This document shows positions 58,392 to 64,000 of a stretch of 64,000 nucleotides of DNA, piece after piece. The stretch comes from Candidatus Hydrogenedentota bacterium (GTDB lineage Bacteria; Hydrogenedentota; Hydrogenedentia; Hydrogenedentales; SLHB01). Under the pieces are notes generated by a model. The model was not told where the DNA came from. It did no database searches and worked only from the letters and a program-made list of their open reading frames with translations. A program made the translations under genes and the position numbers. The stretch spans positions 96,001 through 160,000 of the forward strand of contig CAVUWV010000028.1 of the NCBI GenBank assembly GCA_963745075.1, given 5' to 3'. Positions within the stretch are counted from its first letter, which is position 1. Every line of letters begins with the position of its first letter.

Positions 58392-59413
58392 CTTTGGCCG
58401 GAATTCGCGGCTGCCGAATGCGTGGAGATTGTTTCAGTTCCCGCAATGGCGGCCGCGAACTTTTCAATCTCGTTCTCGACCTGCTCGTGGTCGTAGTCCC
58501 AATAGATATGATGATTGGAGCGCGGCAACCACACGAGCTGTTTGTCCGTCGAGGCCATGGCATTGAATGCCTGCTCGGCCGCTTCGGGCGACGCGGCGAC
58601 GTCGCCATGGGAATGAAGCATGAGCACCGGGCACGTCACGTTGTCGAGGACAGCGGGGTCATTGACGCGCCGGCCAAGTTCGTTCAGCATGACGCCCGCC
58701 TTCGTCGGCAGCCACGTGTAGCAAATGATGTCGTCTTTCACACTGCGATCGTTGACCTGCAGGAACAAGTCCCCCTTATATACCCAGCGAAAGATGTGAC
58801 TCCCGATATCGGTCCACTTCTCGGGACGCAGACCGTAGTACCAGCGGTCGGTCACGCCAAAATAGGCCCCGCCGAGTACGATCCCGTCAACCGGGACTTG
58901 GGTCGCGGCGATCGTGCTGAGCGCGCCTCCCATGGAATGGCCAATGAGAATGACTTTACCGTGTTTCTCGCGCAAGGCCGCGGCCTCGTTGACCACGGTA
59001 TCGATCAACTCGTCCGCGGAGACCGTCTCAAGGTCTTTCGGACTGGTTCCGTGACCCGGCAACAATAGAACGCGAACCCGCCAACCGTCTTCCGCAAGCA
59101 TGTCCGGAACCTGCCGAAAATTGTTGCCACTCCCGGCAAACCCGTGCACGAACAGCGCGGCTTGTGGCGCGTCTTCCGGTCCCAGATCGCGGGATTCAGC
59201 GCCGAGGATGACACCGGTATCGGGATCGCGCGCGGTATGCCGATCTTCACGATTCACGAGCCAACCCGTCATAGCGCCGTATCCTCCCCAAGTGAACAGG
59301 ACCAGGACCAGCGCAACCGCGCCAGCGCGTTTCCATCGGATTTGTGTGCGGGGCCTATCCGAACTGCGCGGCGAGGGAACGGACTGTGCGTTGTCGGCAA
59401 TCGAACCATCCAT
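58388..59413 (-). CDS. Membrane-anchored alpha/beta hydrolase (carboxylesterase/lysophospholipase-like)
   Basis: TM anchor; VHGFAG, LPGHG, GHSMGG, D and H of the catalytic triad. Confidence 0.88.
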   Translation of the reverse strand: MDGSIADNAQSVPSPRSSDRPRTQIRWKRAGAVALVLVLFTWGGYGAMTGWLVNREDRHTARDPDTGVILGAESRDLGPEDAPQAALFVHGFAGSGNNFRQVPDMLAEDGWRVRVLLLPGHGTSPKDLETVSADELIDTVVNEAAALREKHGKVILIGHSMGGALSTIAATQVPVDGIVLGGAYFGVTDRWYYGLRPEKWTDIGSHIFRWVYKGDLFLQVNDRSVKDDIICYTWLPTKAGVMLNELGRRVNDPAVLDNVTCPVLMLHSHGDVAASPEAAEQAFNAMASTDKQLVWLPRSNHHIYWDYDHEQVENEIEKFAAAIAGTETISTHSAAANSGQS

Positions 59414-59425
59414 AACGCATCCCAC

Positions 59426-62400
59426 CTATTCGCCAACGTCCATCTCTTTCGCAAGACTCTTGATCTTCTTGAGATCCATCTTTCCCGTACCAAGAACCGG
59501 AATTTCGGAAATGCGATAGAAGGACGTGGCCTTGGGACGCCACAAGTTGGGGAGATCGCAGTCCTTGAGTTTATCCACGAGGACTTCAAGTTCACCGTCC
59601 ATCAGGGTATGCAGCACGACGAGCCGTTCGCCCTTCTGGTCGTCCGGGACGCTGGTTACGGCAAAGGTCTGCTCGTGAAGATCCAAGAGATGGTGCAAGG
59701 TCTCTTCGACTTTATTATGGGGGACCATTTCGCCGCCGATCTTGCTGAATCGCGCCAGGCGATCCGTGATAGTGATGAAGCCATCCTCATCGATGGAAGC
59801 GATATCGCCGGTGTTGTACCACCCATCCTTGAGTACCTCGGCCGTCTTTTGGGGCTGCCCGAGATAGCCTTTCATAATGTTCGGGCCCTTGACCCATAAC
59901 ACGCCCGATTCACCGATACCCAACCGTTCGCCCGTGTCGGGATCGGTAACTTTGACCGACACGCCGGGCATGGCCTGACCGATGGTGCCGTGCTTCGTCC
60001 CCTTCTGATAGAAGCCGGGCACGCGGTAATCCGGTACGTTGACGGAGACTGCCGGCGCACATTCGGTCGTGCCGTAGCCTTCCAGCGGCTCCACACCGAA
60101 CTTCGCCTTGAAGGCTTCTCGCACGCGAGTAGGCAGCTTTTCCGCACCGGTCACGACGTATTCGAGACTGCTGAATTCCTCCGGAAGACAGCGGCGGATA
60201 AATCCCTGCAAGAACGTGGGCGTCGCGATGAGAAAGCGCGGTTGGTATTTGTAGACCAACTGGCCGATGATCTTCGCCTCCAGCGGGTTCGGGTGATACG
60301 CCGCGGGAAATCCACGCCACATGGGAAGCCACAGCGTGCCCATGAATCCAAAGGAGTGGAAAAATGGCAGAATACCCATAAAGCCGTCGCCGGTCTCGTT
60401 CGGAAACACCTGTGCGATGCTCTCGACATTCGACAGCACGTTCTTGTGCGTGAGCATCACACCTTTGGGCTCACCTTCGCTGCCGCTGGAGAAGATTACC
60501 GTGCACAGATCCTCTTCGTCGCGTTCCTTCGCCATTCCGCAGAGTCGTTCGACGATGCGTACCGGGCAGCACAGGGCGATTAACGTTGCCACAACGCGAT
60601 CGCCGCTCGTGATCGATTTCTTCACGTCGTCGAGATAGATCGCGGTGCCGGGGACTTCGACGGGAAAGCGCTCCAGAAACTCCTTTGCAGTCAGTACGTG
60701 CTGGATCCCGCATTGCCGCGCGGCGGATTGAATGGATTGGGCTGACGCGGTGTAATTGAGATTTACTGCGACCTTGCCCATAAACTGCACCGCAATGTTC
60801 GCCAGCGCGCCACCCACCGACTGCGGCAGCAATAAGCCGATCATCTCCTCGGGTCCCACGAGATTCTTCAGTTTGCGGGCCAGGGCAATGGACCCCACGT
60901 AGGTCTTGAAGAACGACAACTTTGGGGTGCGCCCGTCGCCGATGGCCATCATGAAGGGGTGCTTGCGCACCGTTCGCACGAAGCTTCGGTGCAACAGCGG
61001 GCACTCCAGCTCCCGATGCAGGTAGGCGTCCGAGCCCAGTTCCTGCACGGCCGTCCGTACCGACGCCGAATCGCTGTCGTGGCTCAATGGTTCGCCGATG
61101 CTGACCCCGATGGGATAGGGAATGCGGCGCGGCCGCTTGAAGAAGAACTTGCCGTTCGCGAAACTGAAGATACTGCCCCACAACTGATCCAGGTATACGG
61201 GAATGATGGGCGCCTCGACGCCTTTCATAATCCGCTCGAACCCTTTGCGGAACGGCAGCATCTGTCCCGTCCGCGAAATCTGGCCCTCGGCGAAGATACA
61301 GACAATTTCGCCATTCTGAATGGCCGTGGTGGCCGTACGCAGCGACTCGACCAATTCCCGCGGTCCACCCATGGCGGAAATCGGAATGGCCTGCATCATC
61401 TTCGCGATGGGTCGAATCCACGGTATCTGATAGATTTCATCGGCCATGATGAACCGGATGGGCCGGTCGATTGATGCGGTGATTACAAGCGCATCGATAA
61501 ACGAAACATGGTTCGCGACCAACAGCGCACCGCCCTCTTCCGGAATGTGCTCGCGGCCGGTGACTTTGAGCCGGTAGATGGTATTGGTGAGAATCCAGAG
61601 GATGGACCGTACCAGCATGATTGGCAGAATCAAACAGGACACGCCAAGGACGGTCAAGGTCGCGACGCCGGTAAACAGGAATGCCGTGCGGCTCCCCATG
61701 CCCAACTGGCCCATCCCAAGATACGCCGCGTTGCCGAGAAGAATACCGACCCACGTCATCATGTTCGTGGTGGCGATGATTCCCCCACGGGCCTCTTTCG
61801 GGCTACGTTGTTGGAGACCGGCGGCCAATGGCACGTCAAACACGCCGCCGCCGATACCGATGAACAAAAGCATCAGGGCCGCCGCGGGATAGGAAACGCC
61901 CAGCCACGGCATCAAAATACAACTCACGGCCAAGAGTCCGGCGCCCAGTGGCACCAGGCCGACTTCGATCTTTCCACGCGACACATAGCCTGCGGTCATC
62001 GCTCCGCCACCGATGCCCAGCGACAATACCGCGCTCAAGATCCCTGTCTCCGTTTCGCCAAGACCGAGTTGAAGTTCCGCATAGTCCATGATTGCGGTAA
62101 ACAGCAACGCACCGGCGAACCAGAAATAGCTGTACCCGAAGACAATCATCCGGAGCCAGCGGTCGCCCCAAATGATTTTGAAATCGTGCCCCATTCCCGA
62201 CCATGGATTCATCCGGATGAGGCGTTCAGGGTTCGCCGCCGGAGGCTCCGTAATTCCGTACGAGGTCATCAAGCCAAACGCCGACAATCCCATGAGCACC
62301 ACGCCGGCGAAGTACACGCGATCGATGCCCAACGCTTCGAACAAGTATCCGGCCAAGGCCGTGCCCGCGATGATTGCGATCATGGTCGTCATCTGAACGA

Positions 62401-62866
62401 TGCCGTTGGCCCATGACAGGCGTTCTTCGGGGAGCATTTCGGGGAGGATGCCGTACTTCGCGGGTCCGAACATGGCCGACTGACTCGCCATCAGAAACAT
62501 GACGACCCAAAGGACCATGGGCTCATGGAACCAGAACCCAAGCGCACCGAGCCCCATGATCCCGACCTCGAGATACTTCGTCCACACCGCGACTCGTTTC
62601 TTGCTGAAGCGGTCGGAAAGCGAACCGAAGAAACCGGGAAACAGGATGAACGGCACCGCGAGTATCACACCCGCGATTGCCATGATCGTGCCCCGCTCTG
62701 TTACGCTGCCGTTGGAGGTCGCGTAGGCCGCAAGGGCGAAGACCATAACCAGCTTGTAGAGGTTGTCGTTGAAGGCCCCCTGGAATTGGGTTACGACCAG
62801 CGCCCAGAACCCTGGAGCGCGGTATTCTTTTCGATGCGTTTCGTAAGCGGGCACCGATGCATTCAT
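59426..62866 (-). CDS. aas: Acyl-[ACP]--phospholipid O-acyltransferase (LplT MFS + PlsC + AMP-binding fusion)
   Basis: TQFQGAFNDNLYK, FGPAKYGILPE; NHVSFID, FAEG; FSSGSEGEPKGV, EGYGTTE, TGD, GTGKMD. Confidence 0.93.
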   Translation of the reverse strand: MNASVPAYETHRKEYRAPGFWALVVTQFQGAFNDNLYKLVMVFALAAYATSNGSVTERGTIMAIAGVILAVPFILFPGFFGSLSDRFSKKRVAVWTKYLEVGIMGLGALGFWFHEPMVLWVVMFLMASQSAMFGPAKYGILPEMLPEERLSWANGIVQMTTMIAIIAGTALAGYLFEALGIDRVYFAGVVLMGLSAFGLMTSYGITEPPAANPERLIRMNPWSGMGHDFKIIWGDRWLRMIVFGYSYFWFAGALLFTAIMDYAELQLGLGETETGILSAVLSLGIGGGAMTAGYVSRGKIEVGLVPLGAGLLAVSCILMPWLGVSYPAAALMLLFIGIGGGVFDVPLAAGLQQRSPKEARGGIIATTNMMTWVGILLGNAAYLGMGQLGMGSRTAFLFTGVATLTVLGVSCLILPIMLVRSILWILTNTIYRLKVTGREHIPEEGGALLVANHVSFIDALVITASIDRPIRFIMADEIYQIPWIRPIAKMMQAIPISAMGGPRELVESLRTATTAIQNGEIVCIFAEGQISRTGQMLPFRKGFERIMKGVEAPIIPVYLDQLWGSIFSFANGKFFFKRPRRIPYPIGVSIGEPLSHDSDSASVRTAVQELGSDAYLHRELECPLLHRSFVRTVRKHPFMMAIGDGRTPKLSFFKTYVGSIALARKLKNLVGPEEMIGLLLPQSVGGALANIAVQFMGKVAVNLNYTASAQSIQSAARQCGIQHVLTAKEFLERFPVEVPGTAIYLDDVKKSITSGDRVVATLIALCCPVRIVERLCGMAKERDEEDLCTVIFSSGSEGEPKGVMLTHKNVLSNVESIAQVFPNETGDGFMGILPFFHSFGFMGTLWLPMWRGFPAAYHPNPLEAKIIGQLVYKYQPRFLIATPTFLQGFIRRCLPEEFSSLEYVVTGAEKLPTRVREAFKAKFGVEPLEGYGTTECAPAVSVNVPDYRVPGFYQKGTKHGTIGQAMPGVSVKVTDPDTGERLGIGESGVLWVKGPNIMKGYLGQPQKTAEVLKDGWYNTGDIASIDEDGFITITDRLARFSKIGGEMVPHNKVEETLHHLLDLHEQTFAVTSVPDDQKGERLVVLHTLMDGELEVLVDKLKDCDLPNLWRPKATSFYRISEIPVLGTGKMDLKKIKSLAKEMDVGE

Positions 62867-62950
62867 GAGGAATTCCTCCCCTGAGGCCTACCGCACCGTA
62901 GGACCTCCGCCTTCATCCCATTAGTATAAACCTTTGCAGCGTCCAGCGCC

Positions 62951-63448
62951 TTAAGAAGATCGTGCCTTGGATAAGGTCTCCTGAAGCGCGCCCGTTTTCA
63001 TCCGGATGCGCTCCAATACGCGAATCAACTGGCGGCAATCGCGCTCATCCAGTCCCTCTATCGCCTTGTGAATGTTCTCGCGATACAAGGGCTCGACCTC
63101 GTTCACGAGAGCGAGGCCCTTCTCCGTCAACACCACGTGATAGCTCCGCCGGTTGTTCGGCACATCGCGCCGCTCCACGAGTCTCTTACCTTCCAACTTA
63201 TCCAGCACCGAGGTAACGCTCGCCCGTGTCACGACCAAACGACGACCCAGATCAGTCTGGGTCACGTTGCGCGGGTTGTACTTCAACGAAAACAAGACGT
63301 TGAACTGCGCTTCCGTCAGGTCGAACTGGCGAAATAGCTGGTCGCCCGCGTTGGACAGGACACTGGCGGTCCGGATAATATTGAGGACCGTTTCGTGATT
63401 GACGTCGGAGAAGGGGGCTTCGAGATTCAATTCGCGATCGAGTGGCAT
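62951..63448 (-). CDS. MarR family transcriptional regulator
   Basis: LTEAQFNVL, TRASVTSVLDKLE...NRRSYHVVLTEKG; AAGGA RBS. Confidence 0.92.
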   Translation of the reverse strand: MPLDRELNLEAPFSDVNHETVLNIIRTASVLSNAGDQLFRQFDLTEAQFNVLFSLKYNPRNVTQTDLGRRLVVTRASVTSVLDKLEGKRLVERRDVPNNRRSYHVVLTEKGLALVNEVEPLYRENIHKAIEGLDERDCRQLIRVLERIRMKTGALQETLSKARSS

Positions 63449-63832
63449 TTGCTTTTCCTTCTGTTGACACCCAAATTGTATCGCATAAAATCGTTTGGCG
63501 TCAAACAAAATATTTCTTCCTTATGCCCCTTCTCACTCGTCCAATCTAAAGACTTACCTTCATTTATGTTACATCTTGACTGTAAACCCAAATGGCCGCG
63601 CTTCTTACTGAAATCGATTCCAACATAAATGATCCCACGAACGTGAACCCTGCGCGACGTAATGTGATGCATGGGGATGCCCCAACATTACCAATTGGTA
63701 AAGTTCCGGTCATGTAAGCGTCAGAACCATCATGTAAACTATTACCCGTTCTGGTGTTTGCGTCGCTTGGGCCGAGCTGATACGCGGACGAACCCATACC
63801 GACCGGATTTACGCTGAAGGAGAAAAAACGAA

Positions 63833-64000
63833 ATGTCCACCCAAACCGTTCTTAGATCGATCGCAATCCTAATCCTGGTGGTGGCGGGTGCGTTTATCGT
63901 CGCACCGTCCGCTCATGCGGTAGACCCCACTGAACTCGAGCCCGCCGAAGCCTTCGATCCAGGAGTGCTGACGCTGGAATTGGAAGGCGAGTACGACAAG
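63833..64000 (+). CDS. 3'-truncated exported protein
   Basis: AAGGAG RBS, ATG 63833, signal peptide ending SAHA, frame open to the window end. Confidence 0.65.
   Translation, partial: MSTQTVLRSIAILILVVAGAFIVAPSAHAVDPTELEPAEAFDPGVLTLELEGEYDK

Noticed and set aside
63750..63825. Partial TPP-riboswitch-like words (CTGATA...ACCC...ACCGGAT...AGGAG)
   Set aside because: P5 hairpin is missing and spacing is too short; needs an Rfam scan to exclude formally
1..64000. CRISPR array, prophage or known defence operon
   Set aside because: No regularly spaced repeat-spacer units and no cas, phage structural, integrase or transposase genes recognised

Overview
64 kb of GC-rich bacterial chromosome from a diderm, polysaccharide-oriented organism. 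The protein repertoire resembles Candidatus Hydrogenedentes or PVC-like lineages; this is an inference, not a database result. It holds about 47 protein-coding genes and one type A RNase P RNA (rnpB). Housekeeping genes include clpB, cysK, putA, yajQ and aas. Many genes encode exported carbohydrate or phosphate enzymes: a GH29 fucosidase, DUF1080, a GH43-like propeller, a GH99-like protein, a BNR/sialidase fusion, a purple acid phosphatase, alkaline phosphatase and GDPD. There is also a PAS hybrid kinase, an ArnT-like GT, an alginate-export porin and a small toxin-antitoxin islet. No tRNA, rRNA, CRISPR array, transposase, integrase or reverse transcriptase was recognised. About 13 single-base indels break otherwise intact genes, most likely through long-read assembly error. 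The intergenic DNA carries many REP/MITE-like elements. The best candidates for new biology are: (i) a DoxX-AKR fusion with an internal twin-arginine motif next to DUF1080; (ii) a divergent pair of Tat-exported fucose-isomerase-like proteins heading a glycan locus; (iii) a PIN/NYN-like DUF434 gene head-to-head with rnpB; (iv) a sigma54 promoter on clpB; (v) a REP doublet nested inside IS-like terminal repeats.
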